This document shows positions 38,775-47,613 of a stretch of 64,000 bases of DNA, piece after piece; positions within the stretch are counted from its first letter, which is position 1, and the number at the start of each line of letters is the position of its first letter. Location: NCBI GenBank assembly GCA_964627245.1, contig CAZVGS010000002.1, positions 26,923 to 90,922 on the forward strand, given 5' to 3'. This DNA comes from an uncultured Gammaproteobacteria bacterium (GTDB lineage: Bacteria; Patescibacteriota; Microgenomatia; Levybacterales; GWA1-39-11). Both the position numbers and the translations under genes were made by a program. The notes under the pieces were generated by a model. It searched no databases. It saw only the letters and a list, made by a program, of their open reading frames with translations, and had not been told where the DNA came from.

Positions 38775-39217
38775 AAATATTTATTGCAACAGATCACGCA
38801 GCTTACGAATTAAAAGAGTACATTAAAAAACGCCTGCAAGAAGGCGGGTATGAAGTTGAGGATTGCGGAGCACATGCATTTGACCCTAATGATGATTACC
38901 CTGATTTTATAAAAATTGCGGCTAAAAAAACCGTTGAGACTTCAGAATCAGTTGGCGTTGTCCTTGGAAAATCAGGTGCGGGTGAGGCAATTGTTGCAAA
39001 TAAAATTAAGGGAGTAAGAGCTGTTCTTGCTGTAAATGAGGAGAATGTAAGACTTTCACGTCAGCATAATAACGCGAATGTATTATCAATTGGCTCGATA
39101 CTCATGTCTAATGAAGAGGCGGTTTCATTAATAAGACTTTTTATAAATACTCCCTTTTCAAATGAAGAAAGGCACCAGAGAAGGATTGACAAGATCTCTC
39201 AAATAGAAAATGAATGA
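38771..39217 (+). CDS. rpiB: ribose-5-phosphate isomerase B
   Basis: TDHA, DYPD, ANKIKGVRA, HNNANVL, RHQRR. Confidence 0.93.
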   Translation: MKIFIATDHAAYELKEYIKKRLQEGGYEVEDCGAHAFDPNDDYPDFIKIAAKKTVETSESVGVVLGKSGAGEAIVANKIKGVRAVLAVNEENVRLSRQHNNANVLSIGSILMSNEEAVSLIRLFINTPFSNEERHQRRIDKISQIENE

Positions 39218-39845
39218 GATTATCCCCGGAATCAATGAAACAGAGTGGAGCGAAATCGAAAAAAAAATAGAGATTGTAATTCCTTTTGCAAAAACTATTC
39301 ATATAGATTTTATGGATGGAGTCTTTGTTGAAAGACAGACATTCTCAGACCCACAACCCTTCGTGAAATACACGGATAAAGCTCTTTTTGAACTTCATAT
39401 GATGGTAGAAAACCCCATCCAATACCTAAAACCTTTTGCCGAAGCAGGTTTTGAGCGGTTTTTAGGCCACGTTGAGAAAATGCCTGATCCGGTTGAATTT
39501 ATTGCGCAAGCCCAACTCCTAGGGTCTGCCGGGCTTGCAATTGATGGACCGACCGAACTTGAAAGAATAAAAGATTTGAACTTGAACAATCTAGACGCAT
39601 TACTTATCATGACGATACAAGCAGGAGAGTCGGGGAGACCATTTCAGCCGGAATTGTTGGAAAAACTAAAAAAAATTAAAGAAAATTATTCTTTTTTACC
39701 TATTGAAGTTGATGGAGGAATAAACAGAGAGACTATTTTGCTGGCTAAAGAAGCCGGGGCAAGTAGATTTGTAACAACCAGCCATCTGTTTGGTTGTCAA
39801 GATATTGAAGAAGAATTTGCTAGACTAACCTCATCAGTAATGTGA
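39210..39845 (+). CDS. rpe: ribulose-phosphate 3-epimerase
   Basis: HIDFMDGVFV, HMMVENP, EVDGGIN. Confidence 0.93.
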   Translation: MNEIIPGINETEWSEIEKKIEIVIPFAKTIHIDFMDGVFVERQTFSDPQPFVKYTDKALFELHMMVENPIQYLKPFAEAGFERFLGHVEKMPDPVEFIAQAQLLGSAGLAIDGPTELERIKDLNLNNLDALLIMTIQAGESGRPFQPELLEKLKKIKENYSFLPIEVDGGINRETILLAKEAGASRFVTTSHLFGCQDIEEEFARLTSSVM

Positions 39846-39849
39846 TGGG

Positions 39850-39872
39850 GCCGGGGGAACAAGTCCCCCGGC
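39850..39872. terminator. GC-rich hairpin between convergent genes
   Basis: GCCGGGGGA-ACAAG-TCCCCCGGC; no clear U tract. Confidence 0.55.
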
Positions 39873-39890
39873 GCCGGTTGCGAGAACCTC

Positions 39891-40817
39891 CTACTTGAAA
39901 GGTACAGAGTCCAGGTGTGGTCCGGATCCATCGACATAAACAAAGTTTATGTCGAGGTTGATGAGGGACGTGTCCGGAACATTTGGCGCACCCTGAGAAC
40001 ACCCTAGCTGGCACGGAGCAGATGCCCTTGCCACAAAACTGTACGTCCAGGTGTCGCCTTCCAAGACCATCTCGTCCTCAAACTCCCCAGGCATCAGAGT
40101 CTTATCCATCAGGATTTGGATACCAACAGACGTTGACTGGCTTGGGGGCTTATACCAAACCTTTACAAGAACCCCGGGACAAATTGTCCTGTGGTTAACC
40201 AGTGCGACAAAGTTGTTGGGCGGGCTTTCATACCCGTATGATCCTTGCGCATCAGGTGTACAGGAAACCTGGGTCGGAGTGGGTGATACCGGTGTGTTGG
40301 TAGCCGTTGGACTTGGGGTTACGGGCGTATTCGTCGCCGTAAGCCCGGGTGTGGCCGTTTTTGTCGGTGTTGGCGATGGTGAAACGGTACCCGTCGGAGT
40401 GCTTGTTGCAGTCTGCAACGGCGTTACCGATGGTGTGGCCGTTTTTGTCGGTGTTGGCGATGGTGAAACGGTACCCGTCGGAGTGCTTGTTGCAGTCTGC
40501 AACGGCATTACCGATGGTGTGGCCGTTTTTGTCGGTGTTGGCGATGGTGTAGGTGTTCCTGCCAGTGGGCAGTAATACGTAATTCCACCAACAGACTTTG
40601 TTATCCCAACGCTCTGTTGGGGTTGGGGCTGAGACATAGTCCCACCCCCATTTGTCACGTCAATTGCAATACTTTTATAAGGCAAAGCAATGCAACCAAC
40701 TGTCGAGTCGGCAGTAGCTTCAACACTGCCGTCATCTGTCATGATGCTGGCCGTTACAACCATCATCACAACAAAAACCAATGCCGCAGGTGCGGCAACC
40801 CTCAGCAAAGACCTCAC
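39891..40817 (-). CDS. secreted or anchored Pro/Thr-rich protein
   Basis: N-terminal hydrophobic helix, long PT linker, Cys-containing C-terminal domain; visibly GC-richer than its neighbours. Confidence 0.75.
   Translation of the reverse strand: MRSLLRVAAPAALVFVVMMVVTASIMTDDGSVEATADSTVGCIALPYKSIAIDVTNGGGTMSQPQPQQSVGITKSVGGITYYCPLAGTPTPSPTPTKTATPSVMPLQTATSTPTGTVSPSPTPTKTATPSVTPLQTATSTPTGTVSPSPTPTKTATPGLTATNTPVTPSPTATNTPVSPTPTQVSCTPDAQGSYGYESPPNNFVALVNHRTICPGVLVKVWYKPPSQSTSVGIQILMDKTLMPGEFEDEMVLEGDTWTYSFVARASAPCQLGCSQGAPNVPDTSLINLDINFVYVDGSGPHLDSVPFK
40348..40549. repeat. 84-bp tandem repeat, about 2.4 copies
   Basis: Units start at 40348, 40432 and 40516; one substitution between full copies; encodes [13 protein letters not shown](M/T)[14 protein letters not shown]. 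Confidence 0.92.
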
Positions 40818-40941
40818 CTCAAACTCCTGTTAGTGTTATAGGTGCTCTCGCAATTTCAAGGAGCGTTCCCACCCCTGGAAAGCTTTTATCCATTGCGGGA
40901 ACACAACTTACTGAGGGTATTATATATGTTTTGCTTGGAAT

Positions 40942-41799
40942 TTACTTGATGCCGCGGTTTTTGTAGATAATTTCAGCTATTTTTGAAATTGTATCCTTTG
41001 CAGACTTTTCATCAACTACATTACTCGACAAAACTACTAGCGTAAATGGAGCAGTTCCTCCGGTGATTATTCCGCCATCGTGAATAAAATTTACTTCATC
41101 CCCTGTTTTGTGATAAATATGAAGCTTTTCAGGCAATAAAACGGGAATCCTATCTTCAAATTCCGTATCTTCCATATGATCCAGTAACTCAAGAGTTAAT
41201 GGCTTTGAGGTGATTTTATTTTGATAAAGCATCTGAAAGAATTTACCAATATCTCTTGCCGTTGTTTCGTTGTCAACCATGCTCGTAGAACCCATTCCTA
41301 TTTGGTAGACATATGCCTGTATATTCTCCTCACCGAGTCTAACCGTCAAAACATGTGCTGCCGTATTGTCGGATTCTTTCAACGAAAGCCTTGCTAAAGA
41401 CTGAAGCGTATACTGTCCGCCGGGCTCTTCATATCTCAAGCTCCCCGTCCCATAATCCTGAATATCTGAGGCTTGAATAATGACAGACTCCTGAAGGTCG
41501 ATTTCATCAATCGATGCTAAATAATATAAATATGCAACAATTGGAAGCTTGTTTATCGAGGCCGCAGTGACAACCGCATTAGAATTAATACTAAAATTCT
41601 CCTCAGTACTCAAATCTTCATAGTAAATACTAAAGTCACCTTTTCTGTCTTTCAAAAAATTTATTATCTCGTCTCTTATTTCTTGAGGCTCTTTTATTTC
41701 CTGCTTACCGCTTATTTTGATTGTTGGTATAAAAAGCAGATTTCTACCTAATATAAGCAGAAAGAAAGAATAAAAAAGAAGAATGAAAAATTTACGCAT
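40942..41799 (-). CDS. class A beta-lactamase-like serine hydrolase
   Basis: SINK, SDN and HKTG motifs after an N-terminal TM helix. Confidence 0.88.
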   Translation of the reverse strand: MRKFFILLFYSFFLLILGRNLLFIPTIKISGKQEIKEPQEIRDEIINFLKDRKGDFSIYYEDLSTEENFSINSNAVVTAASINKLPIVAYLYYLASIDEIDLQESVIIQASDIQDYGTGSLRYEEPGGQYTLQSLARLSLKESDNTAAHVLTVRLGEENIQAYVYQIGMGSTSMVDNETTARDIGKFFQMLYQNKITSKPLTLELLDHMEDTEFEDRIPVLLPEKLHIYHKTGDEVNFIHDGGIITGGTAPFTLVVLSSNVVDEKSAKDTISKIAEIIYKNRGIK

Positions 41800-41800
41800 A

Positions 41801-43330
41801 TTACTCAATTGTTCTTGGCCTATACTGCAACGCTTCAAGTATATGACTTTCCTTTACACGTGTGCTTGCATTAAGATCCGCTATTGTTCTTGCAACTTTC
41901 AGTACTTTGTTAAATGACCTTGCGGATAAAGAGAGTGTTTTCATTGCCCCTTTCATTATATCCCGTGCTTTTTCATCAATTAACAGTAATTCTTTCAGAT
42001 CTCTTGTCGACATCTCACTATTCATTATGATTTTCTTGCCTAAAAATCTTTTCTTCTGCAAAGATAGCGCCTTAACGACTCTTTTTCTGATTTCTGACGA
42101 ATTTTCAGATTCTTCATTGTCATCAACCAGTTTTTCCACTTTTACCGCAGGGACATCTATATGAATGTCTATTCTATCAAGCAATGGGCCCGATAGCTTT
42201 TTTTGGTATTTCAAAACTTGCCCCGCCGAGCATGTACACACTTTTGTAGTATCTCCAAAGTATCCACATGGGCATGGATTTGCAGCCGCAACCAACATAA
42301 AACGGGAGGGGAAGTTGACCCTTTCGCGTGCCCTTGAAATACTTACTATCCCGTCTTCAAGGGGTTGGCGCAAAGCCTCAAGAACGTATCTTGAAAATTC
42401 AGGAAGCTCATCTAAAAATAAAACTCCTCTGTGTGCGAGTGATATTTCTCCCGGTTTTGGATTGGCGCTCCCGCCTACAAGACCAACGTGTGAGGTTGTG
42501 TGGTGGGGATTTCTAAATGGACGCCTTCTTAAAATTGATTTTCCCTGTAAAAGTCCCGAGATACTATATATTTTTGTAACCTCCAATGCTTCTTCAAAAG
42601 AGAGTGGAGGCAGAATAGATGGAATCGTTTTTGCAATCAATGTTTTTCCAGCCCCCGGTGGTCCTTTCAAGAGAATGTTGTGTCCTCCCGCAACGGCCAC
42701 CTCAATGGCTCTTTTAACAAAGGCTTGTCCCTTAACGTCCCTCATATCAAAATCGTATCCCTCTGCTTCTTCTTCTGCTTTCTCAAGCTCAAATTCAACC
42801 GGCTTTACCATATCAATTTTTTTCGTTCCGCTTAGATGATTGAATATTTCCTTGAGACTTTCCGGGGCGTAAATATCTACCCCATGAACAATTTCGGCTT
42901 CTTTTTGGTTGGCTTTTGGTATAAAAATGCTTTCAATTCCTCTGTCTCTTGCTTCAAGAACCATGGGCAAAACCCCTTTTGAAAGTCTGATTCTGCCATT
43001 TAAGGACAGCTCTCCAATAAATAATGCCTTATCACTATCAAATGACAACTGGCCTGATGATAATAATATTGAAATTGCTATTGGGAGATCGAATGTAGGA
43101 CCTTCTTTCGGAAGATCTCCCGGAGCAAGATTGACTGTTATTTTTTTTGCAGGAAATTCCACTCCGCTGTTTTTAATTGCTGAACGAACTCTTTCTTTTG
43201 ATTCTTCAACCGCCTTATCAGGAAGACCGACTATGGTAAAAGAGGGAAGACCATTAAGTATATCTGTCTCAACTTCTATCAAAACTCCATCAAGACCAAC
43301 CACGGTTGATGAGAGAACTTTTGACACCAT
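41801..43330 (-). CDS. yifB: YifB/ComM family Mg-chelatase-like AAA ATPase
   Basis: VGLPD, GPPGAGKT, RPFRNPHH, NPCPCG. Confidence 0.95.
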   Translation of the reverse strand: MVSKVLSSTVVGLDGVLIEVETDILNGLPSFTIVGLPDKAVEESKERVRSAIKNSGVEFPAKKITVNLAPGDLPKEGPTFDLPIAISILLSSGQLSFDSDKALFIGELSLNGRIRLSKGVLPMVLEARDRGIESIFIPKANQKEAEIVHGVDIYAPESLKEIFNHLSGTKKIDMVKPVEFELEKAEEEAEGYDFDMRDVKGQAFVKRAIEVAVAGGHNILLKGPPGAGKTLIAKTIPSILPPLSFEEALEVTKIYSISGLLQGKSILRRRPFRNPHHTTSHVGLVGGSANPKPGEISLAHRGVLFLDELPEFSRYVLEALRQPLEDGIVSISRARERVNFPSRFMLVAAANPCPCGYFGDTTKVCTCSAGQVLKYQKKLSGPLLDRIDIHIDVPAVKVEKLVDDNEESENSSEIRKRVVKALSLQKKRFLGKKIIMNSEMSTRDLKELLLIDEKARDIMKGAMKTLSLSARSFNKVLKVARTIADLNASTRVKESHILEALQYRPRTIE

Positions 43331-43335
43331 AAAAA

Positions 43336-43370
43336 TAGTATATGGTATATAGTATTTGGTATCTAGTAAG
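43336..43370. repeat. five degenerate heptamers T(A/G)GTA..
   Basis: tagtata tggtata tagtatt tggtatc tagtaag. Confidence 0.65.
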
Positions 43371-43475
43371 CAGTGTCTTGCAAGCTTGAATTAAAAACTA
43401 TATGTTTCACGTTGTATAATACATCAAACGTGTTATCCATCAATACATATCACAGGATCCTGACTTCAAATTATT

Positions 43476-45230
43476 ATGGATGATGTTGATTTGATAAAAC
43501 AAAAAGTAGATGTTGCTGATCTAATCGGAAGCTACATTCCCATAAAAAAGGCCGGTAGAAATTTCAAGGCAAATTGTCCTTTCCATAATGAAAAATCCCC
43601 TTCATTTGTCATTTCTCCTGAAAGACAAATATGGCATTGCTTTGGATGTGCAAAGGGTGGAGATATTTTTACTTTTGTTGAGGAATATGAGAGGGTCGGT
43701 TTTACGGAAAGCCTAAAAATTCTAGCCGATAGGGCGAATGTAAAACTTAAAAATAATGTTTTCAGGACAAAGCAGGATGAAAAAAAGAACAGAATTTATG
43801 AGATCAATCATCTTTCTTCGCAATTTTATCATTATCTTCTAACAGAGCATAGATCGGGAAAAAAAGCGTTGGATTATGTTATGGGAAGAGGGCTTACAAA
43901 AGCCATTATTTCCACGTACGTTCTTGGTTATGCCCCTGCGGGAAACTCCCTAGTCAACTACCTTATTAAGAAAAAGGGCTATATGAGGGATGAACTGCTT
44001 GAGGCGGGAGTAGCAACTCTTAGAGGAGGAGGGATGATTGATTTTTTTCAAAACAGACTGATTTTCCCTATTCAGGATTCTAGAGGAAATTTTATTGCAT
44101 TTTCAGGAAGGGCTCTTGCCGATGAGACCATGCCTAAATACATTAACACCAAAGAAACTCCTGTTTATATCAAGGGGGACACCGTCTTTGGCCTTTTCCA
44201 GGCAAAAGAGTCCATCAAAAAAGAAGGCAGAGTCCTTGTTATGGAAGGGGAGTTTGACGCTATAACCTCCTTCAAAGAAGGCATTACCAATGCCATCGCA
44301 GTCAAAGGAACGGCCTTAACAGAAAATCAGATTCATCTCTTAAAGAGATTTGCTAAAAAATTAGTTTTCAGTTTTGATACTGACCCCGCAGGAACCGAAG
44401 CACAAAGGCGGTCAATTGCTCTTATTTCAAAAGAGGGTATTGATGCAGGCGTTGTTATTCCGCCTCAAGGGAAAGATCCCGATGAATTATTGAGAGAGAA
44501 TCCGCTTCTTTTTAAGAAAGCTTTAAAAAATGAAGTCAATATTTACGATTTCATATTAGAAAGTTCCGTCCAAAATGAAAATCCTGAAACTGTTGATGGT
44601 AAAAAACATATACTCTCCCGTACTTTAACTTTCTTGAACGATATTGAAAACGAAATAGTCAAAGAGCATTATTTCAAAAAACTTGCAAAACTACTGGATA
44701 CTTCATACGAATCGGTAGTCAGAGAAGCGGAAAAAATAAAATTGCCCGAGAAAAAAATTGAATCCAAAACCGCTGCAAAGCTCACAAAAAACAGACAAGA
44801 ATTATTGGAAGATCATCTTCTAACACTTATATTGCAGTCGTCAAAGCCGAAAAATGCGATGGCAGCAGCCGTTAGCGTCCTTGATACAGTCGATCTTGTA
44901 ACCCCAAATGCCAAAAGCATCTTTGATACATTAAGGGAATACTTCATGACCTCAGATGATTTATCGGTCACCGAAGTCAACAAGCTTTTGCATGAAAGCG
45001 TTATACCGACTTTTGATATGTATTTTTTAAATCCAATTCATCAGTTTGAAACCGGTGAGCTACACCTTCTAGAAGTAGAAAAAACTGCCCGCGCAGTCAA
45101 GCAGTCAGCCGTTAAAGAAAAGCTCAGAGAGCTTTCAGACAAAATAAAAAAGGCGGAGCAGAAAGAAGATGAAAATGAGCTTGAAAAGTTAAGAAAAGAG
45201 TTTAATTCACTAGCCCTTCATTTTAAGTAG
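43476..45230 (+). CDS. dnaG: DNA primase
   Basis: CPFHNEKSPSF Zn domain, PKYIN, EGEFD, FDTD, KDPD. Confidence 0.97.
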   Translation: MDDVDLIKQKVDVADLIGSYIPIKKAGRNFKANCPFHNEKSPSFVISPERQIWHCFGCAKGGDIFTFVEEYERVGFTESLKILADRANVKLKNNVFRTKQDEKKNRIYEINHLSSQFYHYLLTEHRSGKKALDYVMGRGLTKAIISTYVLGYAPAGNSLVNYLIKKKGYMRDELLEAGVATLRGGGMIDFFQNRLIFPIQDSRGNFIAFSGRALADETMPKYINTKETPVYIKGDTVFGLFQAKESIKKEGRVLVMEGEFDAITSFKEGITNAIAVKGTALTENQIHLLKRFAKKLVFSFDTDPAGTEAQRRSIALISKEGIDAGVVIPPQGKDPDELLRENPLLFKKALKNEVNIYDFILESSVQNENPETVDGKKHILSRTLTFLNDIENEIVKEHYFKKLAKLLDTSYESVVREAEKIKLPEKKIESKTAAKLTKNRQELLEDHLLTLILQSSKPKNAMAAAVSVLDTVDLVTPNAKSIFDTLREYFMTSDDLSVTEVNKLLHESVIPTFDMYFLNPIHQFETGELHLLEVEKTARAVKQSAVKEKLRELSDKIKKAEQKEDENELEKLRKEFNSLALHFK

Positions 45231-45236
45231 TCTTAC

Positions 45237-45265
45237 TTGAAAAAAGCCCAAATTTAGGTTATAAT
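45237..45265 (+). promoter_or_regulatory. sigma70 promoter of rpoD
   Basis: TTGAAA-17 nt-TATAAT. Confidence 0.7.
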
Positions 45266-45308
45266 ATCCGTTAATCTTAAGACGCGGGGAAATCCTGCTG
45301 TTGAGTAC

Positions 45309-46403
45309 TTGACTATGCGTGTAGGTGCTGTAAAAAACGAACATATTGACGAACTCCTGGCAACTGCCAAGAAAAAGGGCTACATAACCCAAGAAGAAAT
45401 TCTCCAAAAATTCCCAAAACCAGAACATTTTCTAGTAGAACTTGATTATCTCTATGATCAGCTTATCAAAAAAGAGGTAGATATTTTTGAGACTGTCGAG
45501 CAGGAAAAAGAAAACCACAAATCAATTGAAGACTTGGAAAAAGAGCTTGAAGCGCTCAACCTTATTCAGGGAGGAACCGTCTCAGATCCTGTCAGGATGT
45601 ATTTGAAAGAAATAGGAAGAATTCCGCTTCTTACTTTTGATCAGGAGGTAGATCTTGCAAAAAGACTTGAGGCTGGAGACGAGTCGGCAAGGAAAAAATT
45701 GGTCGAATCTAACCTTCGGCTTGTGGTTAGTATCGCCAAAAAATACGTTGGACGCGGAATGACTCTTCTCGATCTTATTCAAGAAGGCAACCAAGGACTT
45801 ATCCGTGCCGTTGAGAAATACGATTGGAAAAAGGGCTTTAAGTTCTCAACGTATGCCACATGGTGGATAAGACAAGCAATAACAAGAGCAATCGCAGACC
45901 AAGCAAGAACAATTCGCATCCCAGTCCACATGGTTGAAAACATCAACCGTACCATGCGTGTTCAAAGAAGGCTCATGCAGGAAATTGGTAGACAGCCAAC
46001 CCCTGAGGAAATCGCAAAAGAACTGGAAACCGACCCTGAAAAGGTCAGAGAAATTCTTAAAATTTCTCAACAGCCGGCATCGCTTGATACTCCTGTTGGA
46101 GATGAGGAAGATTCATATCTAGGGGACTTTATCTATGACACTACGGCTCCAACTCTTTTTGACACCGCATCTCGAGGGCTTTTGAAAGAACAGCTAAACT
46201 CGGTGTTGGGAACCTTATCCGATAGAGAAAGAAGGGTGCTCGAAGAACGCTTCGGACTTAAAGACGGAAAGCCAAAGACACTTGAAGAAGTGGGACGCAT
46301 GTTTGCTGTTACTCGTGAGCGTATAAGACAAATTGAAGCAAAGGCGTTAAGAAAACTCCGCCACCCATCCAGAGGCAACAAGCTCCGGGATTATTTAGAA
46401 TAA
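45309..46403 (+). CDS. rpoD: RNA polymerase primary sigma factor
   Basis: [43 protein letters not shown]. The start may be ATG 45315. Confidence 0.98.
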   Translation: MTMRVGAVKNEHIDELLATAKKKGYITQEEILQKFPKPEHFLVELDYLYDQLIKKEVDIFETVEQEKENHKSIEDLEKELEALNLIQGGTVSDPVRMYLKEIGRIPLLTFDQEVDLAKRLEAGDESARKKLVESNLRLVVSIAKKYVGRGMTLLDLIQEGNQGLIRAVEKYDWKKGFKFSTYATWWIRQAITRAIADQARTIRIPVHMVENINRTMRVQRRLMQEIGRQPTPEEIAKELETDPEKVREILKISQQPASLDTPVGDEEDSYLGDFIYDTTAPTLFDTASRGLLKEQLNSVLGTLSDRERRVLEERFGLKDGKPKTLEEVGRMFAVTRERIRQIEAKALRKLRHPSRGNKLRDYLE

Positions 46404-46417
46404 TCTTATTGAATATT

Positions 46418-47053
46418 ATGAGTGCTGAAATGCGTCGTTTTTCTCATGATCCGATTGTTGATAAGGCTCTCCTTGAAGAGGTGCCTTCTTCTCATGTCTA
46501 TCCCGTTGATATTATGAATTGGGCTTTTATGAGATATCTTGAAACTGGTAATGAAAACTATGCTCACTGGACATATTTAGGATCTCGTTCTGTATATTTC
46601 TTTGAAAAAGACGGTGAATACAGATTACCCAGAGACAAGGAAGAGGATCATATCAAAAACTGCGCCAAAAGAATCTTGGAAATTGAACCTAAAAGTTTTG
46701 GACACGCAATAAAACTTATTCAAGAAGGGGCGATGCTTGTTAATCCGCTCAGCCTTAATAAACCTAATGGAGAAGACGGGCAAACTCTTGAAGGAACAAT
46801 AGGAATTGTTACTGAAGAAGTAGAAGGGGGAATAATTCGAGAAAATGACCGGGAAGAAGCATTAAGGCTGCTTGCAAGATTGGGCGAAAGAAAACGAAAT
46901 GTTTTGGAAAAAAGATTTGGCATTGGGTATGAAAGGTCTTACACCCTTGATGAAATTGGACAAGAAATTGGAGTAACAAGAGAGCGTATAAGGCAAATCG
47001 AAGCCGAGGCACTAAAAGATTTACGCAATTTTCTCACAACAGAAAAATCTTAG
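46418..47053 (+). CDS. sigma70 region 3.2/4 domain protein lacking region 2
   Basis: SLNKP...TL, then RFGI...TLDEIG...[14 protein letters not shown]; N-terminal half has no region 2 motifs. Confidence 0.8.
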   Translation: MSAEMRRFSHDPIVDKALLEEVPSSHVYPVDIMNWAFMRYLETGNENYAHWTYLGSRSVYFFEKDGEYRLPRDKEEDHIKNCAKRILEIEPKSFGHAIKLIQEGAMLVNPLSLNKPNGEDGQTLEGTIGIVTEEVEGGIIRENDREEALRLLARLGERKRNVLEKRFGIGYERSYTLDEIGQEIGVTRERIRQIEAEALKDLRNFLTTEKS

Positions 47054-47159
47054 TAACAACCAGCATTTCAACTAAGTTAAAGTTAAGAAGTCCAACAAGT
47101 CCCCAGTTAAGACCTCCAGCCCAGACTAAAATAATTGCAACTTTGTGTAACATTTTCAT
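47034..47159 (-). pseudogene. 3'-truncated DUF378-type membrane protein (41 aa)
   Basis: MKMLHKVAIILVWAGGLNWGLVGLLNFNLV with the GGLNWGL motif and a strong GGAGGTG SD; the second helix is missing. Confidence 0.7.
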
Positions 47160-47325
47160 ATAAATTCACCTCCCTTCATCTCTTCTTAGTAAGACACGGG
47201 CAATATTTATTTACAAGATGTACAAATGATGCAAAAAGGGACTAAGCAGAACAGAGGCTTTGCAAGCTCAAAATAATTTTGTATAATTGGATACTTTCAA
47301 TATCTATTGAAAGTTTGAAAATTGA

Positions 47326-47613
47326 TCCGCGATAGCTCAATGGTAGAGCAGGAAGCTGTAAAAAATGCAGCCCTTGAGGGAAACTTCAAGGTGAATAATC
47401 GGGCTAATTCGGGGAAACCCTAAGCATGTCGAGGGGTAATCCCGAGCTAAATTCCTAAGCCAAACTAAGGACTTGTCCTGAGCGAAGCAGAAGGATAAAT
47501 GTGTAGAGACTATATACCCGACACCTCAAATGGTGATGAGATAGTCCAAGCCTTCTAGAAATAGAGGGGTTCTTGTAACTTCAAGGTTCTAGGTTCGAAT
47601 CCTAGTCGCGGAG
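47326..47613 (+). tRNA. tRNA-Asn(GTT), intron-containing; exons 47326-47359 and 47576-47613
   Basis: Joined exons give TCCGCGA acceptor, GCTC/GAGC D stem, GGAAG-CTGT^TAA-CTTCA, CTAGG-TTCGAAT-CCTAG and TCGCGGA-G. Confidence 0.93.
47360..47575 (+). ncRNA. group I self-splicing intron (216 nt) at tRNA position 35/36
   Basis: P1 GCTGT/GCAGC with U.G at the 5' splice site, P3 TCGGG/CCCGA, P4-P6 core AATTCGGGGAA...AATCCCGAGC, P7 GACTAT/ATAGTC, terminal G. Confidence 0.9.

Noticed and set aside
40348-40549. Possible CRISPR array
   Set aside because: The units are near-identical with no unique spacers, are in-frame coding sequence, and no cas genes are present.
42165-43352. Long plus-strand ORFs opposite yifB, and similar shadow ORFs elsewhere
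   Set aside because: Antisense shadows of well-supported genes.
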